A DNA stretch of 64,000 nt, from positions 2,272,001-2,336,000 of the forward strand of contig OY764265.1 of NCBI GenBank assembly GCA_963668355.1. Reading direction: 5' to 3'. Shown piece by piece: positions 54,349-62,970 of this stretch; positions within the stretch are counted from its first letter, which is position 1, and every line of letters begins with the position of its first letter. This DNA is from Bdellovibrionota bacterium (GTDB taxonomy: Bacteria; Bdellovibrionota_G; JALEGL01; DATDPG01). The translations under genes and the position numbers were made by a program. Under the pieces are notes generated by a model. That model ran no database searches and was not told where the DNA came from. It saw nothing but the letters and a program-made list of their open reading frames with translations.

Positions 54349-55042
54349 TTAGACGTTGAGAGGCCAACCGCTTATTCGAGTGTTTTAAGTGCTTCGCTTG
54401 ATCTTGCTTTTTCTTGGTTTTTCTTTTTGAGTTCGTCTTGTTTTTTCCTTGGCTAGTGAGCATGGAAAGTTCGATATTGGTCACAATGCTTTCAGGCCCC
54501 CGCATGGCCCGGATTCGGCTGACCAAGATGAATGGATGTTGATGTTCCAACCACCGGATGAGTTTAAAGGTCTGCTCGAAGTCTCCCTCGACCTCCAATT
54601 GCACAATCATGGCCTTGTGCTTGTCGATTTTTGTTCTCAGAACTTTGTGTTCCAAGCTTCGAACCTTCAAGGGATTAAGTCGGGTTCCCTTTAGAATATG
54701 CTGAAGCCACCAGTTGATGTCGGCATCTGTGGAAACGATTTCGAGGTAATCCTTATAGGTGTGACGAAGTCTTTCAATGTCTTCTGTAAACGTTTTGCGT
54801 TCTTCTTGCTTTTTAAGCGCAAAGGCCGTTTCATCCGTTTTGGAACTTAAGGGAAGGAAAATGGCCAAGCTGGCAATGGCCACCAACGTGAGGACAACTG
54901 ATATCTCAAGCTGTTTTCGGTCCTGAACGACATCCATGAGCTGTTTTTTCAGGACATCAAGTTGGTTTTTCTTGGATGTTTTTTTGGCCACTTTAGGTCC
55001 TCTTTCGCTTCTTTCTTCGTGTTTTTTCCTGTAGGCAGACAA
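54326..55042 (-). CDS. PilO/GspM-like protein
   Basis: Single TM, coiled coil, LEVEGDFEQTFKLIRWLE; start uncertain. Confidence 0.6.
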   Translation of the reverse strand: MSAYRKKHEERSERGPKVAKKTSKKNQLDVLKKQLMDVVQDRKQLEISVVLTLVAIASLAIFLPLSSKTDETAFALKKQEERKTFTEDIERLRHTYKDYLEIVSTDADINWWLQHILKGTRLNPLKVRSLEHKVLRTKIDKHKAMIVQLEVEGDFEQTFKLIRWLEHQHPFILVSRIRAMRGPESIVTNIELSMLTSQGKNKTNSKRKTKKKQDQAKHLKHSNKRLASQRLNGESYGS

Positions 55043-56459
55043 TCGTGAAAAAGGCTAAATCGTCTCGTCCCTCCTTTTTCCAAATGACATTGTCCAATCG
55101 GATAATTGGGAAGTCTCTTTGCATCATTTCAGAGGATTTGAATGCGTTGAGTGTGATGTCAATCTCCCGAGGAGTTGTTACACCATTCGGGAAGTAAGCG
55201 GATCCGCGAATGAGAAGGTACTGGTATCCAAGTTTGGTTTTGGCTCCCTTAACCAGAACGCGATTTGCGGCTTCGATGTTGGTTACGCGCGTATTTTTGG
55301 GCAAAATTCGCATAATTTCCTCAAAATAGGGCGTCCAGAGAATGCGACTGGAAAGAAATTCCGCCATGCCATCGGCATGTTTTTCCAGGTTTTTCTTTTC
55401 CTTTTCCAATTTGCTATTTTTTAAGCCAACGGCCCAAACGGTTTCGGCATTTTGTTTTTGTAATGATGTCAACCGTTGTTCCACTGAAAGCAGGCGGTTA
55501 CCCATCACAAGCCCGAGAAAGAGCACGAGTGTTCCGAGCATGAGGGCCTTCTGTTTTGGGAAAATGGACTTCCATGAGACCGGATTTTGAAATTTTCTGG
55601 CTAAGTTGAGACTTTCGTCAGGGGGAAGCTGACATCCCAAAGCCGATCCGAAGGCAACATAGGCATCGTCTTCCATTTTGGTTTCTTTGCACTTAACGTC
55701 CACTTCTACCAATTTGAGGAAGTCAGTTTCAAAGGTTTCCAAGGATTCTTTTCCAAAAAAATGTACGACCGAAACATCGGGCAAGTTGAAGGTCCGTGTG
55801 GCCTGGTTTGAAAGCATTCGAAACACCGAGTGGAAGTGTTTTGGATTTGGACTTCTAGATTTTGAATGGAAAGTGTGAGAGACAAAGGGCACTTTCCCAA
55901 AGCATAGGATCGCGACATGTTGATGACTTCGGACGAAGAAACGAATTTCGGTTAGGGGTTTTAGGAGGGAGGGTCGAAGTTGAAGGTGACTGGCTCTTAA
56001 GAGGGCCATGGATTCTGTTTCAACGCGTTTGAGTTGATTCCGAGACTGTCCCCATGGAGAAAGAAGCATTTCCAAAAGATCTTTTGGTGCCGCCCCCACG
56101 TTTACGAAGCGCTTCGTGCCGCATTTTCGATCTAACCAATCCGTTCCCAATTTTTCTCCAAAGGAGATTCCCGACTTAAAGCCTCCTTCGATCGAACTGG
56201 GTTTAATCTTTCCTTCTTTGGGACCTTCTTTCGTGAAGAAGAAACATCGTTCGTTGGACAATCCGAGAACCATTTCGGCTTTGGGATTCTTCTGGACAAT
56301 TTCTTCGAGGGTTTCGAGGACGGTTTCCATTTGGAAAGGGAAGCTCTCGTGGCTCTTAATTCGGGGGCGCCCCGGTCCCTTCGTTAAGAGAACGGTGGTG
56401 ATGTGATCAGTTCCTAAAAAAACTCCCATTTGGTGTGTTTTTGATCGGGCCATCGACAA
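54993..56459 (-). CDS. PilM-PilN (GspL-like) fused protein
   Basis: Cytoplasmic N-domain starting MGVFLG, central TM, coiled coil, W..YFEEIMRILPKNTRVT PilN-like segment. Confidence 0.55.
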   Translation of the reverse strand: MSMARSKTHQMGVFLGTDHITTVLLTKGPGRPRIKSHESFPFQMETVLETLEEIVQKNPKAEMVLGLSNERCFFFTKEGPKEGKIKPSSIEGGFKSGISFGEKLGTDWLDRKCGTKRFVNVGAAPKDLLEMLLSPWGQSRNQLKRVETESMALLRASHLQLRPSLLKPLTEIRFFVRSHQHVAILCFGKVPFVSHTFHSKSRSPNPKHFHSVFRMLSNQATRTFNLPDVSVVHFFGKESLETFETDFLKLVEVDVKCKETKMEDDAYVAFGSALGCQLPPDESLNLARKFQNPVSWKSIFPKQKALMLGTLVLFLGLVMGNRLLSVEQRLTSLQKQNAETVWAVGLKNSKLEKEKKNLEKHADGMAEFLSSRILWTPYFEEIMRILPKNTRVTNIEAANRVLVKGAKTKLGYQYLLIRGSAYFPNGVTTPREIDITLNAFKSSEMMQRDFPIIRLDNVIWKKEGRDDLAFFTIVCLQEKTRRKKRKRT

Positions 56460-56831
56460 CTACCTTAAAAACCTTTCACATGGATTTAGGTTGGGATGAT
56501 TTGATCCTTTCTTTTTGACCTTAAGGCGCCAGTGTTGCTTTCCGTGAGGTGTGACTTTTACGTCGAACCAGGATGGTTCCTGATCTAATTCAAGGTTTAA
56601 GCTGCAGCTAAAGGTGGGAGATGTCGGTGAGCCACATGCAACAAGCTGTTTGGCTTGAGTCAGAACGATTTGTGTGTTTTCGGTCTCTTTTGTGTTTGTC
56701 GCTGCTTGTTTTTCAAGGTCAATGAGAACCGAAAAGCGTTCATGAAGAATGGGTAAGGATGCCGAGATGACACATAAAAACAAGGCCATGCAAACCAAAG
56801 CGTAACCTCGATGTGAGTGGGGGAAACTCAT
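56460..56831 (-). CDS. PilX/GspK-like minor pilin
   Basis: RG|YALVC hydrophobic helix lacking Glu5. Confidence 0.55.
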   Translation of the reverse strand: MSFPHSHRGYALVCMALFLCVISASLPILHERFSVLIDLEKQAATNTKETENTQIVLTQAKQLVACGSPTSPTFSCSLNLELDQEPSWFDVKVTPHGKQHWRLKVKKKGSNHPNLNPCERFLR

Positions 56832-57427
56832 TTTTGGCCTTTCTTTCGATTTCCCTGAGAGTTTTGATGTTTTTTGGTTTTCTGTTTTTTCTCCGGTTTT
56901 TCCTTTTTGCCTTTTCTCCTTTTTTTCGCCTTTAAGGGCTCTGTTAGGTTTGAAGTAATATAAATGATGGGAAATTCAACTGAATCCTTTAGTTCTCCGG
57001 CCGCAAGATCAAAGACGAAGCTGAATGAGTCATTTTTGTTGCACTTGCCAAAAAATCCCGTAACGCCTTTGGCGATGACCACATCGACTCCTGAGCTTGG
57101 CACTCTCCAGAGCATTTCATCAACAACTCGATATTTGACCACGTGTTCAAACTTTCCTTTTTCTTTTCCCATTAAAAGGTCAAGCTCATTTTCAGAAACC
57201 TCTAGAAGGGCGAGGGCATTTGAAATGTCTTGTGCTAGGGCCGTGTGAATCAAACGAGCCTCTCTCATGAGAACCAGTTTCTCTTCATAAGCTCGAGATT
57301 GCTTTGCGTAGGAGGAGGTTAGGGCCATCATGGAGGATAGGAGGAGAACAAAGATGAATCCTGAAACGACCAATTCAAGCAGAGAGAACCCTTGCTCGTG
57401 GGCCACTTTTTGACTTTGTGTCCTCAT
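56828..57427 (-). CDS. PilW/GspJ-like minor pilin
   Basis: QG|FSLLELVV class III signal; Lys-rich C-terminal tail. Confidence 0.75.
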   Translation of the reverse strand: MRTQSQKVAHEQGFSLLELVVSGFIFVLLLSSMMALTSSYAKQSRAYEEKLVLMREARLIHTALAQDISNALALLEVSENELDLLMGKEKGKFEHVVKYRVVDEMLWRVPSSGVDVVIAKGVTGFFGKCNKNDSFSFVFDLAAGELKDSVEFPIIYITSNLTEPLKAKKRRKGKKEKPEKKQKTKKHQNSQGNRKKGQK

Positions 57428-57435
57428 GATGTCAC

Positions 57436-57744
57436 CTAAAAATTCCGCGCGACTAGCGCCTCAATTCCTCCTTCGTTTTCTTGCCATTCGACAATCGTAG
57501 ACGGGTATTCACAAGGAAGATCGTCTACGCCCGACGAATTGCAAAAAAGAATGGGTGAGTGGATGAAAAAATGCTCCTCTTGGTATTTCTGTAGTGCCCT
57601 TATTTGCTTATTCGTGGAGAGCAATTTGTGCCCCATGTTTACGATCGCAAAACAGGCTAGAACCACCGCAACCTGAAGCTCAATGAAGGACGAAGCTCGC
57701 TCGCTTTTTCCTTTTTTCTTTGAGCTCATGGCTCTTCCGATCAC
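57436..57744 (-). CDS. PilV/GspI-like minor pilin
   Basis: RA|SSFIELQVAVVL atypical class III signal; start is GTG 57744 (GTGA overlap) or ATG 57729. Confidence 0.55.
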   Translation of the reverse strand: MIGRAMSSKKKGKSERASSFIELQVAVVLACFAIVNMGHKLLSTNKQIRALQKYQEEHFFIHSPILFCNSSGVDDLPCEYPSTIVEWQENEGGIEALVARNF

Positions 57745-57899
57745 CCAAGATAGTCAAGCGTGGTGAGCACTTTTCCGATGTGGGCGTGTGTTCCAGAACT
57801 TTGAATGCGAGCTGCCGAGAGGGACGTGAGGACGGCGAGTGCTCCCATAACAAAGAGGAATACAGTCCATTTTTGCTTTCGATTGAGATGTACTTTCAT
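57741..57899 (-). CDS. Small (52 aa) single-TM or exported hypothetical protein in the pilus operon
   Basis: ATG 57899 after AAAGGA; MKVHLNRKQKWTVFLFVMGALAVLTSLSAA...TLDYLG; stop overlaps the next GTG. Confidence 0.55.
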   Translation of the reverse strand: MKVHLNRKQKWTVFLFVMGALAVLTSLSAARIQSSGTHAHIGKVLTTLDYLG

Positions 57900-57927
57900 C
57901 TTTTTTTCCTTTCTTGCGCGAAGGGTG

Positions 57928-57963
57928 CAAAAGGGGCTGATCGAAGTGATGCAGCCCCTTTTG
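57928..57963 (-). terminator. Hairpin terminator/attenuator after the major pilin gene
   Basis: Perfect 12-bp stem CAAAAGGGGCTG / CAGCCCCTTTTG, 30 nt after the pilin stop. Confidence 0.7.
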
Positions 57964-57993
57964 TCTTGGTCTTTCGCATATTCCCACAAGGAG

Positions 57994-58428
57994 TTAGCTC
58001 GCCATCGGATTAATGGCGGCCAAATCGGAGATGGTACTATCATCAGAGATGAAACCATCTTGTCCGAATGTAACGGTATAGTCTCCGTAACCGGCCGAAG
58101 CCCCTTTACGCGTGAGGGTTAGCTTCCAGGAGTCCTCCAGGGATCCTGTTTCACCCGGTTCAATTTCGCCGGTGCTAAAATATTTCGACTCGGCCATCTG
58201 GATGTCCAGGTTGGTTAAGTCTTCCGCATAGGTGCCTTGTCGAGATTGATAACGTTCTTGAGAAGCTCGAACCGAACTTAAGAAGTTATATGCTTCAGAT
58301 GCCTTGGAACGTTCAACGGAATCCCGGAATTTCGGGACAGCAAACGCGGCCAAGACGCCAATGATTACGATAACAACAGCCAATTCCACGAGAGAGAATC
58401 CACTGTCTTTTTTGATGAGTTTTTTCAT
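57994..58428 (-). CDS. Major type IV pilin
   Basis: SG|FSLVELAVVIVIIGVLAAFAVPKF; GGAGG SD; first gene of the operon. Confidence 0.92.
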   Translation of the reverse strand: MKKLIKKDSGFSLVELAVVIVIIGVLAAFAVPKFRDSVERSKASEAYNFLSSVRASQERYQSRQGTYAEDLTNLDIQMAESKYFSTGEIEPGETGSLEDSWKLTLTRKGASAGYGDYTVTFGQDGFISDDSTISDLAAINPMAS

Positions 58429-58478
58429 TTTTTTCCTCCGGAATAATCCGATGAATGTTTAACTTGAATGCACTCAAT

Positions 58479-58495
58479 AGCAGCGAGTGTGCCAA
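58479..58495 (-). promoter_or_regulatory. Sigma-54 promoter of the pilin operon
   Basis: TTGGCACACTCGCTGCT = GG-N10-GC, about 50 nt upstream of the pilin ATG. Confidence 0.8.
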
Positions 58496-58628
58496 AATGT
58501 TCTGAACGGAGATTTGGGGGGGGGCGGCGGATAACCCCTGTTTTTATTAGGTGCTGGGGGCGTGTAGGGGAGGAGGCCTTGATTGCATGCCCTCCGATTT
58601 CGATTCCGATCGCCAAAACGATAAAAAA

Positions 58629-58667
58629 TGTCTCATTCTGTTCTATTTTATGGAACACAACGAGACA
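58629..58667. promoter_or_regulatory. Candidate enhancer (UAS) for a sigma-54 activator
   Basis: Nested inverted repeat TGTCTC-attc-TGTTC-N9-GAACA-caac-GAGACA; a further TGT-N11-ACA at 58729..58745. Confidence 0.5.
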
Positions 58668-58772
58668 CATCGTAACTATCTGAATATATTGGTAAAAACT
58701 CTAAGTGCTGTTTTGAAGTGTTCTGTTGTGTTCAAATTTGTTACACTTAAGCGATCAAATCGGATTCAACCC

Positions 58773-60125
58773 ATGTCGCCAGATATTTTAATCATTGATG
58801 ATGAACCTTCCTTCGCCAAGTCTCTAAAGCGATGGTTAGAGAGTAAAGATTATGAAATCGCAATGGCTCATACGGCGACCGAGGGCATCCTGGCCGCCAA
58901 GGAGAACCCTCCGAAAGTCATCCTGCTGGATGTGAATCTGCCGGATCGATCCGGGGTTTCCATTGTTCAGGATCTAAAAAGCATTGATGAAGACATCGGC
59001 ATCTTGATGGTCAGTGCCTCTGGAGACACGAATGATGTGGTTTCCTCCATCAAATACGGTGCATCGGATTACATTCCCAAACCTCCAGACCATGTGCATC
59101 TTGCTGAAAAAATTTCGAATTTATTGGAAATGCATCGTCAAAAAAAGACCAAGCGGCAGTTGGATCAGGAGCGTTCCTTTGGGTCGATCATTGGAAATAG
59201 CCCCAAGATCGGACAATTGATTTCAGCCATTAGCCGCGTAGCGACCTCCTCGGCTACGGTTTTGTTACGCGGGGAAAGTGGAACGGGAAAGAACTTAATC
59301 GCAAAACTCATTCATGAACATGGATCCAGGAAAAGCGGACCTTTTGTCACGATTAATTGTGCTGCGATTCCAGATACACTTTTGGAAAGTGAATTGTTCG
59401 GACACGAGAAAGGTGCTTTTACAGGGGCGGTGCAAGCCAAGCCTGGAAAATTTGAGTTGGCGCATGAGGGAACCATTTTTTTGGATGAAATCGGGGAGTT
59501 GGCGCATCATCTTCAAGCAAAACTCCTCAGGGTTCTACAGGGACAAGAGTTCGAGCGTGTTGGGGGGGTTCGTACCAAAAAGGTGGATGTTCGAATCATC
59601 ACGGCCACGAATCGAAATCTCGAACAGGCGATCCAAGACCGGAGATTTAGAGAAGATTTATTCTTTCGTTTGAATGTTTTACCCATCGTGATTCCCCCTC
59701 TTCGGGAAAGGAAAGATGACATTCCTTTGTTGGCTGAAAGCTTCATTCAAGAATATGCCCAACGAGAAAATAAAGAATTCAATCCTTTGAGTCTCGAAAT
59801 CTTAAGTCTTTTAAAAGATTATGATTGGCCGGGAAATATACGAGAATTGCAGAACATCATTGAGCGAGCAGTGGTTCTCGGTCGCCAACCGGATTTGAAA
59901 AGAGCGGATTTTGCGCTTGGAACGATGGAATCGTTTTCTTCGGACCCTGTGGCTGAATCTCCCACATCGGTTTCTTCTCTAAAAGATTTGGAATTCCAAT
60001 CCCTTATGAAGGCTCTTCAAAATTCGAAGGGCAATATTCAGAAGGCCGCCAATGAATTGGGCATTAGCCGGGGTACCATATATCGGCGTCTTCGGAAGTA
60101 CAACGTCGACCCTCGCAAGTCTTAG
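58773..60125 (+). CDS. Sigma-54-dependent response regulator (NtrC/PilR family: REC-AAA+-Fis HTH)
   Basis: IDDE, GESGTGK, GAFTGA, FLDEIGE, WPGNIREL, LGISRGTIYRRL; ATG 58773. Confidence 0.95.
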   Translation: MSPDILIIDDEPSFAKSLKRWLESKDYEIAMAHTATEGILAAKENPPKVILLDVNLPDRSGVSIVQDLKSIDEDIGILMVSASGDTNDVVSSIKYGASDYIPKPPDHVHLAEKISNLLEMHRQKKTKRQLDQERSFGSIIGNSPKIGQLISAISRVATSSATVLLRGESGTGKNLIAKLIHEHGSRKSGPFVTINCAAIPDTLLESELFGHEKGAFTGAVQAKPGKFELAHEGTIFLDEIGELAHHLQAKLLRVLQGQEFERVGGVRTKKVDVRIITATNRNLEQAIQDRRFREDLFFRLNVLPIVIPPLRERKDDIPLLAESFIQEYAQRENKEFNPLSLEILSLLKDYDWPGNIRELQNIIERAVVLGRQPDLKRADFALGTMESFSSDPVAESPTSVSSLKDLEFQSLMKALQNSKGNIQKAANELGISRGTIYRRLRKYNVDPRKS

Positions 60126-60149
60126 ATTTCTCCTCCTGTTTCTGCCCTC

Positions 60150-60165
60150 TGGCCCGATGTTTGCT
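60150..60165 (+). promoter_or_regulatory. Sigma-54 promoter upstream of the PilZ-REC gene
   Basis: TGGCCCGATGTTTGCT = GG-N10-GC. Confidence 0.65.
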
Positions 60166-60183
60166 ACAAATTTCTAAAAATTA

Positions 60184-60912
60184 ATGTTCAAGCGGATTTG
60201 TGTTTCGAATGGAGTTGGATTGATGAAGATGTGCAAAAAATTGGATGCAAGTGCACTGGTTTGGCCCTGTGGATTGCATCGAGATCCTAAAGAATATTCA
60301 ATTGTTAGTTTATCAACGGAGGGAGTGACGATCCTTGGGGGGGCATGTTTCCCTAGAAGACAAAATTTACTGTTACGCATCAAGTTGCCCCTTAGGCCCA
60401 CCAGAAAAGTGAATGCGGTGGTGGTGAACCGATTCAACATCAATTCGGAGTCTCAACTGATCCGTGTTCGTTTCCGTGAGATGGATGAAGAAACCCGAGA
60501 ATTGATTCTCAAGCATGTTGAAGCGAAAAGCAAAGAGGTGGAAAAACATGGAGCCATTCTCATTCTGGATGATTCCATTCAAATTTGCCGGGTACTTGAA
60601 GCCCAGATTGCGTCCATGGGAAAAGAAGTGTTTTCTTCAACCGACTGCGATGAGGCTTTAAAAAGATTAGGTGCGTGCAATGTTCATCTTGCGATTGTGG
60701 ACCTGGTTCTGGGAGATCAACAAAGTGGGATAAATATATTGAAGACCTTGGCCCACTTTTTCCCCGATGTCACGAGGGTGCTCATGTCAGGCTATGTCAA
60801 TCCAAAGTCGATTCAGGAAAGGTACAAATCGGGACTGGTGCAAGAGTCCTTGGCGAAACCCTGGGAATTCGAAGATGTTCATCAATTGCTTATGGAAAAG
60901 AGTGCGGCGTAA
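60184..60912 (+). CDS. PilZ-like domain plus receiver domain protein
   Basis: N-half SLSTEG...LRIKLP...AVVV...VRF beta-barrel pattern; C-half ILDD...IVDLVL...MSG...KPW. Confidence 0.65.
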   Translation: MFKRICVSNGVGLMKMCKKLDASALVWPCGLHRDPKEYSIVSLSTEGVTILGGACFPRRQNLLLRIKLPLRPTRKVNAVVVNRFNINSESQLIRVRFREMDEETRELILKHVEAKSKEVEKHGAILILDDSIQICRVLEAQIASMGKEVFSSTDCDEALKRLGACNVHLAIVDLVLGDQQSGINILKTLAHFFPDVTRVLMSGYVNPKSIQERYKSGLVQESLAKPWEFEDVHQLLMEKSAA

Positions 60913-60952
60913 TCTTTTTCGCGCGAAAATTGTGGAATGAGGAAGCTTTCCA

Positions 60953-61333
60953 ATGAAAATGAAATTACTCGCGATTGATGATGAACCGTCCATTCTCCGT
61001 ATACTGTCACTCACCTTAAAAGAACATTTTGATGTGACGACCGCGTCCTCGGCTGTGGAAGGGTTGAAGCTAATGGAGGAGGTGTCTTTCGATATCATTC
61101 TTACGGATGAGCAGATGCCGGAAATGAACGGTAGTGAGATGATCAAGCTCCTTCGGAAAAGAGGCGATCGGATTCCATGTGTTCTCCTCACCGGGTTTTT
61201 GCCTCCCATCGAGGCTCGAAAGCAGCATTTGAATCAAGATTTGGTGTTTATCTTTCGAAAACCATGGGAAGCCCAAGAGTTGATCGACGCCCTTTCCGAA
61301 GCGTGTTGGATGTCCAAGATCAAAGATGCCTAA
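60953..61333 (+). CDS. Single-domain response regulator
   Basis: IDDE, TDEQMPEMNG, LTG, KPW. Confidence 0.9.
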   Translation: MKMKLLAIDDEPSILRILSLTLKEHFDVTTASSAVEGLKLMEEVSFDIILTDEQMPEMNGSEMIKLLRKRGDRIPCVLLTGFLPPIEARKQHLNQDLVFIFRKPWEAQELIDALSEACWMSKIKDA

Positions 61334-61678
61334 GGGCGTTGTTGAATAACTAAAGGTTTAGGGGGAGCTCGGAAGCGTTTCGTTTTCTTCGTCGAATGGC
61401 TCCCGCGACTTCAGAGGTATTTTCAGAATTTTCAGGAGTTTGCTGGGGGGAAGGTGAAAAGGAAATCTTCTGGCTCCGCTTAATTTCTCCTCCCGAAAAC
61501 AAAACGCTTCCGCCCCTTAGGCAATTGGAAAGTGGTTTTAAGGTGGAGGGAAATTAAGCGGAAACAGGTCAAATCCAAACTTCCCGGCCCTTCATGTTGA
61601 GCCATTCCCGGAACCTTTAAGCCACTTTCCCGCCACCTTCTTACTTCTGCGGATATTCTAAGTGATTCAACAGCGCCT
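61334..61678. mobile_element. MITE-like element or highly structured non-coding element
   Basis: 18-bp terminal inverted repeats (15/18 identical), TAA on both flanks, no ORF in the track, at least six internal helices. Confidence 0.55.
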
Positions 61679-61845
61679 TAAGAGGATTCAGGCCCCCCTG
61701 GGATGCCCGTAAAAAAGTGTTCGCCATGTAAAACCGAATTTTATATGTTGAAAGCTGACCATGTCCGTTTTCGCACAACATTTATGGATAGATTCTCAGA
61801 GCCTTTTTAGACGTTCAAAGGGAAGAAAACCATTGGGCACTTAAT

Positions 61846-62970
61846 ATGAGGCACGGTGATTATTTCCCGAATTCTCTCTCTTGGGATGGTTTGAGAGAAA
61901 CTCTTCATACTTTTTCTGTGGCCATGGTGGTGCTCGATCCGAATACGCTTGAAATTTGCGAATGCAATTCCTCAGTCCTGGAATTGTATGAATACGAAAA
62001 AAAGGAACTTCTGGGGATGGACATCACCATCCTTTTTGCTGAAAGAACGCAATTTCTTCAGAAATGTCAATTGGTGGGGGCTTTGGGAAGAGGACAGAAG
62101 TATTCTCATCAACATCTCTCAAAACATGGAGAAGTTCGTGACGTAAACGTCCAATTGATACCTCTTAGGATAGAGGGAGTGGAGTACCTTTGTCTGGTGA
62201 TGCGCGTAAAAGACGATTCTTGTTTCTCCTTGGAGCGACACCAGTTTGAGAAAACACTTTTTTTCGAAGATTTTGTGAGGGAATTGAGGCATGGATTAAA
62301 CAATCAGCTGATGTCTGTTTTAACCCTTTCGGAATTAATGCTTTCAGAAGGAAACGTTTCTTCGGTCCTGCGAGAGGATTTGGAAAATATCCATCGTGCG
62401 GGAGGCGAGATGTCGAAGGTTGTGGAGGCCCTTTCCCTTTTCCCGAGAGATCGTTCCGAAGATATGAGGGTCGTGGATGTGAATCAATGGCTTCTTCAAA
62501 TATTTCCCCAACTTCAAAAGATCTTTGAATCTTGGGGTAGGCTTTCACTGGATTTAGAGGAGAAAAGCGTAGGTCTCTCAGTTCGAATGGATGTCACAAA
62601 ATGTCAGGAAATGTTGTTGGACCTTGTTAAAAACGCTCGAGAGTCCATTTCGGCGGAGGGAAAAGTAATCATTTGTACTCGCTTGTTTTCGAAAGGGATC
62701 GTGCAGATTCAGGTGAGAGATGAGGGCAGGGGAGTTTCAAATGAGGATCAAACACGTGTGTTTGACCCGTTTTTCTCAACCAAGGAAACGGGACGGTTTC
62801 GCGGACTGGGGCTTTTCAAGGCGTGGAAGACGATGTTGGAGCATGGCGGAAGCCTTGGCTTGGAAAGCGAGGAAGGTGTTGGGACGCAGATTTTCGTAAA
62901 TTTCCCGAAAGTGAGTGCTTCGTTGGAAAGGACTCCAAAGAAGGCTTTTAGGAGAAGTCCTTCGCTTTAA
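61846..62970 (+). CDS. PAS domain sensor histidine kinase
   Basis: PAS-like N-terminus (CN...YEYEKKELLGM), RHGLNNQL, DEGRGV, FDPFFSTK, GLGL. Confidence 0.85.
   Translation: MRHGDYFPNSLSWDGLRETLHTFSVAMVVLDPNTLEICECNSSVLELYEYEKKELLGMDITILFAERTQFLQKCQLVGALGRGQKYSHQHLSKHGEVRDVNVQLIPLRIEGVEYLCLVMRVKDDSCFSLERHQFEKTLFFEDFVRELRHGLNNQLMSVLTLSELMLSEGNVSSVLREDLENIHRAGGEMSKVVEALSLFPRDRSEDMRVVDVNQWLLQIFPQLQKIFESWGRLSLDLEEKSVGLSVRMDVTKCQEMLLDLVKNARESISAEGKVIICTRLFSKGIVQIQVRDEGRGVSNEDQTRVFDPFFSTKETGRFRGLGLFKAWKTMLEHGGSLGLESEEGVGTQIFVNFPKVSASLERTPKKAFRRSPSL

Noticed and set aside
57900..58058. Longer 105-aa version of the small pilus-operon ORF
   Set aside because: It overlaps the pilin 3' end and the hairpin; SD plus ATG at 57899 is more plausible
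57994..58428. Electrically conductive (Geobacter-type) pilin
   Set aside because: The mature pilin is about 134 aa and lacks aromatic residues at positions 27 and 32
58551..58772. 74-aa N-terminal extension of the NtrC-type regulator
   Set aside because: It spans the AT-rich regulatory spacer; the REC domain starts at ATG 58773
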